Made by a program: the position numbers and the translations under genes. The notes beneath the pieces are model-generated. The model was not told the DNA's origin, ran no database searches, and saw only the letters and a list, made by a program, of their open reading frames with translations. Positions 49,031 through 61,348 of a stretch of DNA of 64,000 bases are shown one piece after another. Position 1 is the stretch's first letter; the number at the start of each line of letters is the position of its first letter. This stretch comes from Vezdaea acicularis (taxonomy: Eukaryota). The DNA is taken from the NCBI GenBank assembly GCA_026025075.1, contig JAPEUI010000014.1, positions 1-64,000 of the forward strand, in the 5' to 3' direction.

Positions 49031-50884
49031 ATCGATACTTGCTAAGATTGTCAGAGGCGTTCTTGGAGAACGGAAAATCAGGGCGGAAAATAATTTGGAT
49101 AGGGGTTCTTTATTTGACTTTTATTGGCGGAGTAATAAGGCAAGTCGGGCTAAAATTAGAAGTGAGGCGTGATCTCTTTTCAAGATTCCCTATTTGTATA
49201 ACCTGTTAGACCAAATATTTGTTAACCTACCTGAATAGAGTGAGGATCTTATTTCGAACCCCCCTACACTGAGTTGGACTACGCTGGGGCAGAGGTAAGG
49301 GATTGAGAGGAGCCTTCTTGTTGTGAAGACATTTGAGATTCATTCCTCAAATCCATCGCTCGGAGATACTTACCTCCCGAATGCCAACTCTAGAACGGCC
49401 CCCTATTGCCCTAACTATGAGCTCCAACCCCCTCCTTAACCAACAACGCCACCGAACCCGAGAGTCACCCTAACCACAACCACCAACAAACATCCCAGCC
49501 TCATGCACCGAGGCACCGCCCGTCCTCTCCAGTGTCGCAAACTTCATGAACATCCATCTTCAATAACCGTGCTTCCACTGGAACGCTGCACCGCCCAAGT
49601 CCTCACTCGAAGGGGGACGCTCAACAACCGCGCACAGCCTGCGGATAGTACTGTTGCAGGGATTATGAGAAGGATTCAATTGAGGTGCACCCCAGTGTGG
49701 TTGGTCAGAGAAGAATTCACTATGGGCAGAACCCCCTGGATCCACAGCAAAGACCCCTAAAATCCCCGGATACAAATTCCTAGGTGACGTGTCTGTGCTA
49801 GAGAACAAGGAAGTGGAAAAAAGGTTAAATCCTTTCCCCATCCTCGCATCGTCGTATTCGGCCCGCGCGCCAGTATCCAAGCTTCCCGCTCCAGTACCCG
49901 TATTCCCTCACTCTTAGCGCGGGGCACGGGCGTGCGCGAGAACGTGGCTTGTATGTTGTGTTTTTGGTGATGGTTGCTTGTTTGTTGGGTCAGGGAGGGG
50001 CTTGGTATGCGGGGATTTGGCGGGATTGTACCAATAGTATCGGTTCTAATATAGAGGGACTGTTGGCTAGATGCGCTAGAGTCATTGACCTCTAATATAG
50101 GTCTTTAGCCCTCATGGACAAGTGCGTTGGATGCCAGTGGTATCATCGCTTGCCTGGTACCTCGCGCACGCTCGTTTTTGTTTGATTCATGTTGAGTTTA
50201 TCCTGCGCTCCCCTTCTGGGCCTACAGGGAATTTTTGGATATCGGGTTTCGAGATTCCCGTGACCGCAGGTGGGCCAACGTAGATGATGGTGCACATGGC
50301 TATGGGACACAACGTACTGCATTGGATTTGTCACGCTTAGGATTTGCAAAAATAGCATTTTAGAAGTTTCTAATGGGCTTGGAAGTCTTCCCGAATTAAT
50401 GATTAAAAGTCTAGGAAGGAGACTGAAAGAATGCGCCTTGTGGGTGACAAGTAAAATTTATAGAGATAGCCAAGGAAAGTGACATTGTTCTACTCTGCGC
50501 TGGCCTTGCACCTATGCATGCACGTAGTCCTTCCACTTATATAGATCTGCAAGTGGGACACAGGTTCCTCTTGCAAGGGTAATTAGTTGCCAACACTATC
50601 TTGGCTTCGCTCGCGCTGAATATGCAATCGTTAACCGCGAAAGCTCTTGTGAAATACCATATAAGCCTTTATAACAGTAAGCTTACTGTAGGAAAAGTGA
50701 TGGCGTAATGCGCAACGCCCCATCAAACCCCTAACATAATGTAGGAGAGGTGTCACGAATAAAGCGCAGATAGTGCCATGCCCAGGTAATGGAGCAAGGG
50801 CGTTGAGGGTTAGATAATACGTGGTAATCCACTGTCAAAAGGACAGGGCAAGCTAACCTTAAAACGGAGGAAGCATCGAGATAA

Positions 50885-51190
50885 ATGAGTGAGAAGCAAA
50901 TTCTCAAAAGACGCTGCGAGCGCCATCTCACCTGAAGAACCTATAGAGGGATAGAGAAAGATTTCTAAGATATAATCCATATCATGGTGAACTTTTTTTG
51001 TGGAAAGCTGGGAACCACTTGATAAGGACGATCTCTTATGCGGGTATCCAATCAGAATGTTAATTAATAGTAAGCTGCTATAGTAACTAAACGAATAAGC
51101 CGAGTAATTATAGAAGAGCAGAAGAGCAGAATCAGACAAGCTCTTGTAATGTACCACACGTCTTGATATCTGCAAGAGAAAGACTACATA
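50885..51190 (+). pseudogene. Degenerate coding relic with RIP-like stop codons
   Basis: Six in-frame TAA/TAG codons between 51081 and 51149 in an AT-rich tract. Reverting them to CAA/CAG gives KLLQQLNEQAEQLQKSRRAESDKLLQ. Confidence 0.4.
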
Positions 51191-51648
51191 ACGACCACCC
51201 TCAGAGGTTTACCCTTCAGATTGACTTGCTTATGGCTGGAATAGAAATTTCATGGTTTAGGAAGCAACAGTGAGAGCGCAGAATTGTAGCACATTTGGCT
51301 CCGCGGTGTAGAAAACCCGGCCAAAGTTGTTAACAAGGAACGCGTCACTTGTGGTTCGCCATTGCTTATTGCTTATGTAACATGTCCGCCGGAGATTCCG
51401 GTCGGCAGGCCGGCAAAGAAGCTTGCCGACGAGAAATAATATGTCGACGTTCCCTATCCTTAGATGACATCGATCATCCTAATTCTTGGTGCTATCAACT
51501 CTTTGTAAGGGAAACTTGGGCAGCGTCCAGTCCGCCGACCATTCCGTGCGCTTTATCTCAAATATCCTCTTTCCTAGACTCTGCATCAACGTTCCCTCCT
51601 GTTGAAGCCGAAAGCCCCGTTACGATAGAATACACGACCCTTGCCACA

Positions 51649-52912
51649 ATGCCTGGACGCACTCTACCTACGATTCCACAATTAGACGTTGCGTCGCATA
51701 ATACGTCAAAATCATGCTACGTCACGTCTGGGACAAAAGTGTTTGATATCACGCCGTTTCTAAATGACCACCCTGGGGGAGGAGACCTAATCCTGGAATA
51801 TGGTGGTAAAGATGTCACGGAGATCATGGGTGATGAAGTGTCCCATTCACATTCTGAAGCAGCTTATGAGATACTGGATGAGTATCTTATTGGCTTTGTC
51901 GCAGGCCGCAAGGTTCTGGATGCAGCGACAAAGAGCCTCGAGCCGAGTGAAATCATTCCCCTACCACCAACGGATAAGGGGATGCTGGATCTAAAGACAA
52001 ATGGGAGAGCTACATTCGCAGCCACGGGAATGTCATCTGCGGAGGACCTCTCAATTGAGACTGACGCAAGTTCTGACTATCGCACTCACAAGTTCCTCGA
52101 TCTCAATCGACCTCTACTCATGCAGGTATGGAATGGAGGGTTTAGCAAAAAGTTCTATCTAGAGCAAGTTCACCGGCCCCGCCACTACAAAGGGGGTGAA
52201 TCAGCCCCACTATTTGGGAACTTCCTCGAGCCCCTCAGTAAGACCCCTTGGTGGGTCATTCCACTGGTCTGGCTTCCCCCAGTTGCATACGGAACGTATA
52301 TTTCGGGACAAGGCCTTTCGAACTGGCCGCAATTGCTAGGCTATTGGCTTACAGGGCTTGCGATCTGGACTCTTGTGGAATACGTGCTGCACCGGGGTTT
52401 GTTTCACATTGACGCGTAAGTTTCCTTTAGACTATCCGTGAGTGCTTTGCTGATTGTTATCTTAGCTATCTTCCAGACAATCGTGTTGGTATAACGCTCC
52501 ATTTCTTGCTTCATGGGATACATCACTATCTTCCTATGGACAAGCTACGGCTTGTAATGCCACCGACGCTATTCGTAGTTCTTGCTGCACCGTTCTGGAA
52601 GCTTGCGCATACAATTTTCGCATACAACTGGTTTGCAGCCACAGCTGTTTACTGTGGCGGCATATTCGGGTACATCTGCTATGATCTGACCCACTACTTC
52701 CTCCATCACCGAAGGTAAGAAGGCCCACTGGGACTTTTTTAAATACTTGCTGATCATCATGCAGCCTACCCTCCTACTACCGTGAATTAAAGAGGTACCA
52801 CCTTCAGCACCATTTCGGAGATTTCGAAAATGGATTTGGTGTTACTAGTCGCTTCTGGGATAGGGTTTTCGGTACAGAGTTACCGCCTCCGAAAGCTGCC
52901 AAAGCTGCTTGA
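51649..52912 (+). CDS. SCS7: Sphingolipid fatty-acid alpha-hydroxylase with cytochrome b5 domain
   Basis: HPGG b5 motif and His boxes HRGLFH, HGIHH, HYFLHH and HLQHH. Two introns. Confidence 0.95.
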
Positions 52913-53542
52913 AACGTTCATTCTTATTTCATTTGATAAATCCCTTGTGAGCTGTGAGGGCTGGATCCATTTTATGCACCAATTGGGGCCTGCATTGAGG
53001 GTGGTGCGCTCATGTCTGCACCTGGCGTTGGGGTTCAGTGCTTTGTTATTGTAGTGCCTCGGCACCTTCCTTCACCACGTATATTTTCTTTGGGACACAG
53101 GTTGTACCAATAATCACGTAATACTGTACATACCACCATGAATCGTCACAGGCAAAGAGAAACAGAACCAATAGCGTTTCTAAGGCGTGTATGGTTGACA
53201 CAGATTTAGTGGATCATTCACCTTCATCGCAAAATGCACGTGATTAGTCCAAAGATCCGCTTCGTTATCGTCTCAACACCCAACCACATCCATCTTCGCG
53301 TCATCAAATTATTATTGTCTACCACATTCAACACCCTTAACTTTTCCTGATCCTCACGTAGCTAGGTCTGTTGCCTCTGGATTGATAGTGCTGAGCATAC
53401 GAGGCTGCTGCAGGATCTCTAAGCAAAGGGTTCGCTCCAAGTTCATCCGCTGAAGATCCTACCTAACTAGGCTGAAGTGAAAATCTCTTCTACCCTTCTA
53501 CACTTTTGATCACCCGAAGAATTTGTCCAACGTATCACCATC

Positions 53543-55476
53543 ATGTCAGGTCTTGACGTAGAAGCACTTCTTGATTCTACCGCCCAAGCGGCCGCTCCTA
53601 TCTCAAAGCTTGCTCGCCCGGCAGATGAGGAAGATCGCCATAGGGGCGAGCGACATGAGAGAAGAGATCGAGACCATCGCCGAGATGGAAGTAGGGATCG
53701 AGAGCGAGATCGGAAGCGACGCGATAGGGATGGCGTGGTAGACGAAGATTTAAGAAGTCCGAGAAGCGATAGGGGAAGTACTCATGGTAGTCATCGGAGT
53801 AGGAAGCGAAGTCGAAGTCATGATAGTGATAGACGACATTCCCATCGGGATCGTCGCCGGGACTCTCCAGATGGTGAGAGTCGTCGCACTTCTGGTGGAG
53901 ACTACTATCGCGGGGGTGGCCGCACTCGATCTAGGTCTCCTGACGATGACAGATACTACCGCCCCTCTGGCCGAGGAGGCCGTCGAGATGCTGATGATCG
54001 GGATCCTAGAGACAGATATCGTGGCGGCCGAGGAGGTGGGCGCCGCCGAAGCCCATCGCCAAGAAAGGTTCGAAGCAAGTCGCCAACCCCACAGCTGACA
54101 GAAGATGAACGTGACCGCCGAACAGTCTTCGTTCAGCAGCTAGCTGCCCGCCTAAGGACGAAAGAGTTGATACAGTTTTTTGAGAAAGTTGGTCCAGTCA
54201 AAGATGCCCAGATTGTCAAGGATCGTGTAAGTGGGAGATCAAAAGGGTATGTATCACTTGCAAGTTGAAAATGGCTATTTTGCTAAAGCTATCTAGTGTT
54301 GGCTATGTCGAATTCAAACAAGAGGAGTCCGTCCCTCTCGCTATTCAACTTACTGGCCAAAAACTTCTAGGAATTCCCATCATCGCTCAACTTACTGAAG
54401 CAGAAAAGAATCGACTGGCCCGTACTTCGGACGGCTCTACAAATACCAACCCCAATTCGATCCCGTTCCACAGGCTTTATGTTGGCAATATACACTTCAG
54501 CATTACTGAAAGTGACTTACAGAATGTATTCGAACCCTTCGGTGCCCTTGAATTTGTCCAACTGCAGAAGGAAGATCAAGGCCGCAGTCGTGGATACGGC
54601 TTCGTGCAGTATGTTTGTTTATATATGCGCCGTTGCGCTGCTTCGGATGACTGCTAACACTTTATAGGTTTCGGGATCCAAACCAAGCTCGCGAGGCTTT
54701 GGAAAAGATGAATGGTTTCGATTTGGCTGGTCGACCAATTCGAGTTGGTCTTGGTAACGATAAGTTCACTCCAGAGTCTACTGCCAACCTTCTTCAACGG
54801 TTTCACGGTCAGAATCACAACCAACAGAGCTTCCAGGGTTCAGCCTTCTCAGGCCATGGCGGTCGTGGATCTCAGGCTGGCGGCTTAGGTGGAGCGTTTG
54901 ACCGAGCTGGCGGTCGTGACAATGACAAAGGCTCTGGTGGCGCAAGCGCACTCGATGATACAGACGTTGCAGGGGTAAACTTCAACAACTATAGCAGAGA
55001 TGCGTTGATGAGGAAACTAGCAAGAACAGATGACCCTGCGCCAGCCACGAATGGAGTAGCCGACAAGCAAAAGATCGTGAAGCCCAAAGTGGATTCTAAA
55101 CCCCTTCCAGTCAATGTTAATATGGCTAGCAGATGTGTGGTACTAAAGAACATGTTTGACCCCACAGAGTTAGTATCAGCTCCCCCACCATCATTTCTGG
55201 TTACTAACCCTAAATAGGGAAGAGGGTGAAAGCTGGGTCAAAGACCTAGAGGATGATGTCCGAGCTGAGTGTGAGGAGAAATACGGCCACGTCGTTCACA
55301 TTTCTCTAGATCCTAATTCTCAAGGCGACATTTACCTTAAATTCGACAGGGTTCAAGGCGGTGAGAACGCCATTAAGGGCCTCAACGGTAGATTCTTTGG
55401 TGGCAGAATGATTAGCGCCACCCCTGTTGTCGACGCCGTCTACAGTAGTCTCTTCTCACGCACCAAGGCCATATAA
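53543..55476 (+). CDS. pad-1: RBM39/CAPER-like splicing factor (Pad-1/Rsd1)
   Basis: RS/RD-rich N-terminus, RRM1 [15 protein letters not shown]2 [11 protein letters not shown] and a C-terminal UHM-type RRM ([10 protein letters not shown]). Three introns. Confidence 0.92.
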
Positions 55477-55720
55477 TGAGAAACGATCCTACGGACCCTC
55501 GCTCTTCTCTACCTTTTCGAGAATATAAAGGCTATCCCGAGCTGTGGGTATGCATGCGCTGAATAATTTTACAGGTCTTACTGGTTACAAATAATAAACC
55601 ACGCCGATTCCGCTTCGAATGAACTGTAGCTAGTTGATTTAGATTTGAAGACTGATTGATAATATCCTATGCATCCCTTGAGAAGGCTACATGTGTGAGA
55701 GCAGCAGATACGATTTATAG

Positions 55721-58171
55721 TCATGCCCGCACTTCCTTCCCAAGTTCTGCCAGAGCGTCTTCATAACCCCGTCGGTCCTCTTTAGGTAGGGATACCTTAT
55801 ATCTATCTACCTTCCTATTTCTCTTAACCTCCCCTCCGCTTGCAATATTTTTCCAAAACCAATGTGCTTCTCGGTCCGCAACCAGTGTCCATGCATGACC
55901 CAACTTTCCAGCTCGGGCCGTTCGGCCAACTCGATGAATATAACCTCTCACCGAGGTAGGGATATCATAATTAATGATATGAGCAAGATCAACAATATCA
56001 AGACCACGAGATACAAGGTCAGAAGCAACTATGATTGAAAATTTACGATTCCGGAAAGCCGAAAGTGTTTTCCGGCGCCTAGAGGTTGGTTGGGTAGATG
56101 TTAGCACAGCTATTTGGTTGCCATACGGGGGATGCAGAATGGAAAGCAATCGGCTGAGACGGAGGGCTGAGGCATTGGATGAGGTGAATATCAGAACGCC
56201 GTGGATAGCGGGCACATTTCTATCAGTCGCCTCGGTACTAGGCGCTTCTGAGATCTCCGATACTTCTGAAGAAGATTCCGAGGCGTCGGCTTCAGCTTTA
56301 GCCTCCGAAGACGAAGTAGACTCTGAGGACTCTGATGATGAAGTCTCTGAGGACCCCGAGGAAGAGCTTTCATCGCCTGACTCAACTGATTTGCCGGGTA
56401 CAGAGCTATTTTGCAGAACTCGTGTCTCATGTACAACAATTTGAGTTTTAAGAAGTTCGAGGAGAAAGAGGGGCTTTTCACTCCCATCACCAACAGGGAC
56501 ACCTGATTCTCGTAAGGTCGGCGGCAACGCAAACGCTTCCCCTGGAATTTGTCCTTCAGCCACTTCGTCTTGATCTCCGGTGGTCCTTTCGCTTTCGAGT
56601 ATAACAAGCTTAGGTCTCCGCAACTTCAAGATACTAAGCTTCTGTAAATCTGTTGTTATTGTTGCACTCAGTATTACTTTCTGAATCTTTCGCTCTCTTC
56701 GTGGTAAACCCATGTTCAGGAGAACCTGCTCATCCCAGGGTAGCTCGTCGTACGGCTTTTCTCGCAAGAGTTCTTCGGTCACGACCTCTGCCCATCCTTG
56801 GAAGCTTTGGCTCAAAAGTCTGTCAGCTTCGTCAACCACTAGCCACTGGATGTTCTGAAGGGTGAAGCCTTTTGTAGACTTGATATGATCGACCAGACGT
56901 CCGGGAGTGGCGATCAGTATGTCCACGCTAGAAACTAGTTCCACGATGTACCCTTGAATGGGTTGGATATCATCATCGAGATCACCCTCATCTTCTTCGA
57001 ACTCAAAATCTAGATTCTTAAATCTGTCCTGAAATCTTCTCTCCAGAGTTTCGTAAGCTTCAGGATCGTACCTTTGAGTCTTTCTCATCAGTAGCTTCTG
57101 CTCAGTTTTGAAAGTGCGACTTCCGACCGCTGTACCAATATGTAAGCCTAACCCTGCCGCGCACATCTCACACGTTTCTCGAGCTTGGGTTACAAGCTCG
57201 CGCGTAGGAACTACGATAAGGCCTCGAAGTTTTGTGGATGTCTTTTCACGCAGTGATTCGATCATGGGCAACATATATGCCAAAGTTTTCCCAGACCCTG
57301 TTGTAGCGGAAATGCACAAATCTCCATTTAGGTGATCTCTTCCTGGGAGCAACAATGGGAGTACGCCAGCTTGTACTGGTAATGCGCTCTGCAGTCCCTT
57401 CGAAGATAAGTTTGCTTGCACTCTAGGAGAGATGTGGAAGTCTTTGAAGGGCTTTGAAGCCAAAGGTTGAATGCGAATAGGCTCTCTCAGCCAGGGAGGT
57501 AACGTGAAGTACGATGGTTTCTCTGTAGGATCCGGGACAGAGGCTGGTTGGGGTAGGGGCTCAAGCCCTCGGAGCTCTGTAGCCTCTTTCTCATCGCTGA
57601 GTTCTTCACTCCCTGCTCTCGTTTTTTCCTTGGCTGAGACTAGTTTAGATATCCTTGCCGACTTCTGAAATTTCTTCAAGACCTTTGCGTACTTTGAGTC
57701 CGCCCCTTCGTGAGTTTCGTCCTTTCCCTCAGGGAAAGTATTCGTCTCTTCTGGCGATAATTGAGAAGTTGGCTCAAGCTTGTCGTTCACATCTTTCCCG
57801 CCGCCTTTCCGATTCTCCTTCTTTATCTTATCTCGCTTGCTTGTACTCTTCTCAAGGTTGATGGAGGAGACACCTTTAAGACCCTTTGAGTTCTTCAACA
57901 CCGCCTTCTTGGTCTTGTCCTGACCCAGCTCTGGAGGTCCCTCCCGAGCTTTCTCTTCGCCTACTACCAAACCATTTTCAAGTTCTTGTAAGAGCCGTTC
58001 ACTCTTCTTCCTCTTTTGTTTCCTATCAGAAAAAGTTGTAGTTGTAGTTGTAGCCTCCGAGCTCCGTTTTCGCTTCTTCGTCTCCGGGGACTGCGCAGAC
58101 TTGGTAGCTTTAGCCTCAATGGGAGGAGCCTTCACAGGTGGAAAATATCGTGCATACATAGGCGTCGCCAT
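55721..58171 (-). CDS. DBP6: DEAD-box RNA helicase Dbp6 (60S biogenesis)
   Basis: ATTGSGKT, VPTREL, ATPGRLVDH, DEADRLL, SAT, SRGLD and HRVGRTARAG motifs. MYARY-type N-terminus typical of Dbp6. Confidence 0.9.
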   Translation of the reverse strand: MATPMYARYFPPVKAPPIEAKATKSAQSPETKKRKRSSEATTTTTTFSDRKQKRKKSERLLQELENGLVVGEEKAREGPPELGQDKTKKAVLKNSKGLKGVSSINLEKSTSKRDKIKKENRKGGGKDVNDKLEPTSQLSPEETNTFPEGKDETHEGADSKYAKVLKKFQKSARISKLVSAKEKTRAGSEELSDEKEATELRGLEPLPQPASVPDPTEKPSYFTLPPWLREPIRIQPLASKPFKDFHISPRVQANLSSKGLQSALPVQAGVLPLLLPGRDHLNGDLCISATTGSGKTLAYMLPMIESLREKTSTKLRGLIVVPTRELVTQARETCEMCAAGLGLHIGTAVGSRTFKTEQKLLMRKTQRYDPEAYETLERRFQDRFKNLDFEFEEDEGDLDDDIQPIQGYIVELVSSVDILIATPGRLVDHIKSTKGFTLQNIQWLVVDEADRLLSQSFQGWAEVVTEELLREKPYDELPWDEQVLLNMGLPRRERKIQKVILSATITTDLQKLSILKLRRPKLVILESERTTGDQDEVAEGQIPGEAFALPPTLRESGVPVGDGSEKPLFLLELLKTQIVVHETRVLQNSSVPGKSVESGDESSSSGSSETSSSESSESTSSSEAKAEADASESSSEVSEISEAPSTEATDRNVPAIHGVLIFTSSNASALRLSRLLSILHPPYGNQIAVLTSTQPTSRRRKTLSAFRNRKFSIIVASDLVSRGLDIVDLAHIINYDIPTSVRGYIHRVGRTARAGKLGHAWTLVADREAHWFWKNIASGGEVKRNRKVDRYKVSLPKEDRRGYEDALAELGKEVRA

Positions 58172-58416
58172 CGGTATCCGAGAATTGCGCCGCAAAGTAG
58201 AACCATATCTTGTAAATTCAAGTCCAGAAACATTATGACAATTTTCACCGCCTCTGGCAGTATTTCTCGCTAATGATCGGGGACCACTGAGACATTGCGA
58301 TTTAGCTCGGGAGAGCAATCCAACTTGTTCCCTTCGTCTGCTTATACAACGGGTCTTTGAATTGTATTACTGTACGCTGTTCTGATCATCTATGGATTTC
58401 AAATTCGCATCCCAAA

Positions 58417-60152
58417 ATGCCGTCCTACAACATTGCGTAAGTCTACGTGCGAACTTGCTGTTGGTAAACAGGCTAAATTATTGCGCGCAGAATGGTCAGC
58501 GACTTCTTCTTTCCTCAACCAGGTAACTCAATTGAAGCATGCACCTTTTCACTCCACTAAGTCGGATCAGGGGGAGTCGAAAGCCACATCTACCAATTAT
58601 CTACCGTATGTCTAAGAGCTTCTCTGACCCCTGGAATATGCTAACATGAAAGCTAGAAATTGATTGACAGGGGGCACAAAGTTATTATCATCACACATGC
58701 ATATGCCGGCCGGACGGGTGTTCGATACCTTACAAATGGCTTGAAAGTCTACCATGTCCCTTTCTTGGTGGTATACCGCGAATCCACGTTCCCTACCGTC
58801 TTCTCGTTTTTCCCAATATTCCGAAATATAATACTGCGCGAGAACATCGAGATCGTCCATGGTCATGCTAGTCTTAGTAGCTTGTGCCACGAGGGGATTT
58901 TGCACGCTAGGACGATGGGCTTAAGGACGGTCTTTACAGATCATTCCCTCTTCGGTTTTGCAGATGCCGGTAGTATAATCACGAATAAGCTATTGAAGTT
59001 CACTCTCAGTGACGTCGACCATGTGATCTGCGTCAGCCACACCTGGTATGTTTTTCTATGTGGCTCTAGGAAAGTTGCTTATATCTAGATTTTAGTAAAG
59101 AGAACACGGTCTTGCGCGCGTCCCTTGACCCTCTCATGGTATCAGTGATCCCTAACGCAGTAGTTGCGGAGAACTTCCGTCCCTCTTTTTATCCGTCTCC
59201 ACAAAGTTCTCTGAGCTCAACAAACCATGGGCCACCACCTCTTCACCATCAGGTTGGGCCAAACGATCCAATCACCATCGTGGTGATATCCCGACTCTTC
59301 TACAACAAAGGAACGGACCTTCTTGTTGCCGCTATCCCCCGCATTCTTGCGGCTCACCCAAATGTGCGTTTCATAATTGCTGGATCTGGACCTAAAGCTA
59401 TCGATCTTCAGCAAATGCTTGAGCGGCACATACTTCAGGATCGTGTCGAAATGCTTGGCCCAGTTCGCCACGAAGAAGTGCGTGATGTCATGGTAAGGGG
59501 CCAGATATACCTGCACCCTTCCCTCACAGAAGCTTTTGGTACTGTTATCGTCGAAGCGGCTTCATGTGGTTTATATGTTGTCTGCACTCAAGTAGGAGGA
59601 ATTCCTGAAGTCCTCCCCCCGGAAATGACGCAATTTGCGAAGCCAGAGGAAGACGATCTTGTTGCTGCAACTGGTCGCGCTATCGCTGCACTACGTGCTA
59701 AGAAAATCCATCCTGAGCGGTTCCATGATCAAGTCCGTCTCATGTATAGCTGGACAAGCGTGGCCGAACGGACCGAGCGAGTATACAACGGCATCTCTGG
59801 TGTGCTCTCGGAGGAAGAATTCTACGGACCTCGGACGGGTGATGCGGGTGGATGGAATGCCACAAGAGGCCGAGCTGGCGTTGAAAGTTTTGCCATCATC
59901 GATAGGCTGAAGAGATACTACGGATGTGGCATCTGGGCCGGGAAACTCTTTTGTCTCTGTGTCGTAATTGACTACCTCATAAACGTCTTTCTGGATATAT
60001 GGGATCCGAAGGAAGGCATTGATCGGGCAAGAGACTGGCCCAAGAAGGAGCTGCTCAAAGAAGATGACACAATCAATCAATCGCACAGCTCGAATCCTGG
60101 AATGACCCAAAGTTGGAGAGTACATGGCAAGAAGAAAGTTGTAAGCTGGTGA
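58417..60152 (+). CDS. GPI3: Phosphatidylinositol N-acetylglucosaminyltransferase catalytic subunit (PIG-A/GPI3/SPT14)
   Basis: [38 protein letters not shown] and SLTEAFG...EAASCG motifs. Four introns. Confidence 0.95.
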
Positions 60153-61348
60153 GACTAGTGAGGGGACAGCAAAGCTATAGCTCTGGCTTGCTCCATACGC
60201 CCAACTATGAAGGTCCTAAGATCAAGCTATCACTAGCATTGCACGTTTGCTCCTTCCAACAAAAGAGAAAGATCTGTTATCTGGCACCATTGCAGGTAGA
60301 AATACCTCCGGCCAAGACAGGAGAGGAGCCGGATATGTGTTTGGAAGAGCACACTTCCCGAGCGCTAGTGACACAGATTGGAACTAGACTGCCCTGGCTA
60401 CCAATAGTAAGAATCAAACCGCTAAGGCTTTACTATACAGGCTAATGGTATATCTAGTAGCCGCCGATGCCAGAAGAAGACGGAGCTTATTATTTTCGCT
60501 GGTGTTGGAGAGATCTGATCTCTCAACGCAGCATCCGAATACTAAGTATAGGGATTCTCGGACACATGTAAAACGGAGTATAAGAGGGATCTCCGATGTG
60601 CTGCTACTGCGGGAACATAGAGGTAGAAGGGGAAGCCGAAGAAATCGAAACGTCCGAAATACCCAAAGAACTCGAACAACTTGATCCATGTAGGGGATTC
60701 TGAGAGTGGGTTCGGCAATGTGTAGATCATTGAGAATTCTGTAGCTGTCTGCTGACCATCAGGGTTCCAGCGAGGCGTTCACACTGTTCAAACCATGATG
60801 AAGCAGGACTGGCTGAGAAAGAGCTTTGGCATGGAAGACGATCCTCTTCGGCTTTACCTGTCACATTGAAAAAGCAATGGAGAAAAGCCTCTTTACTACG
60901 TTTCTTTAAAGTGGCGTCACTGGAGACGTCAAAGCAAATGTGCGCTTGCACGTTGGTTTATTGTTTGTGGCAAGGGCAGTTCTTTGGGTTACGTCAAGAA
61001 ACCGAACAACATGATGTGAGACCACTCTAATTGCCGTAACAAGACGATATATATGCCCATCAGCGCACTCTACTCTAACAAGAGAGACACAACTGTAGTA
61101 TGTAACGCTTTGGAAACAAAGACAAGGGGGATCATTTCGCTATATGCTCCATGTTACATCCGTGCCTACCTGATCCATCCATAGAGAAATGCAGCCGTGA
61201 CGAAACACGGTGGCAAGCGCGCCACCATGCCCGGTTATATATGCGCTCACCCATTTTGCACGAGCAAGAAAAAAGTGCCCTCCCGTATGCGTGTGTATGC
61301 CTTGTTTATAAGACCTTAACAGATCCCCTTCATGCCAAAGCGGCTTTC

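Noticed and set aside
49345..49990. Possible small gene or pseudogene downstream of pyrG
   Set aside because: ORFs are short, lack a convincing start and resemble no family I recognise.
6189..58171. Apparent cluster of ribosome-related genes (SDA1, RPS18, SDO1, DBP6)
   Set aside because: They are spread over about 50 kb among unrelated genes and I saw no shared motif, so chance is sufficient.
60414..60951. Short ORFs with a Phe/Gly-periodic stretch (FEFFGYFGRFDFFGF)
   Set aside because: Low-complexity CGAA-periodic DNA between convergent genes with no other support for coding.
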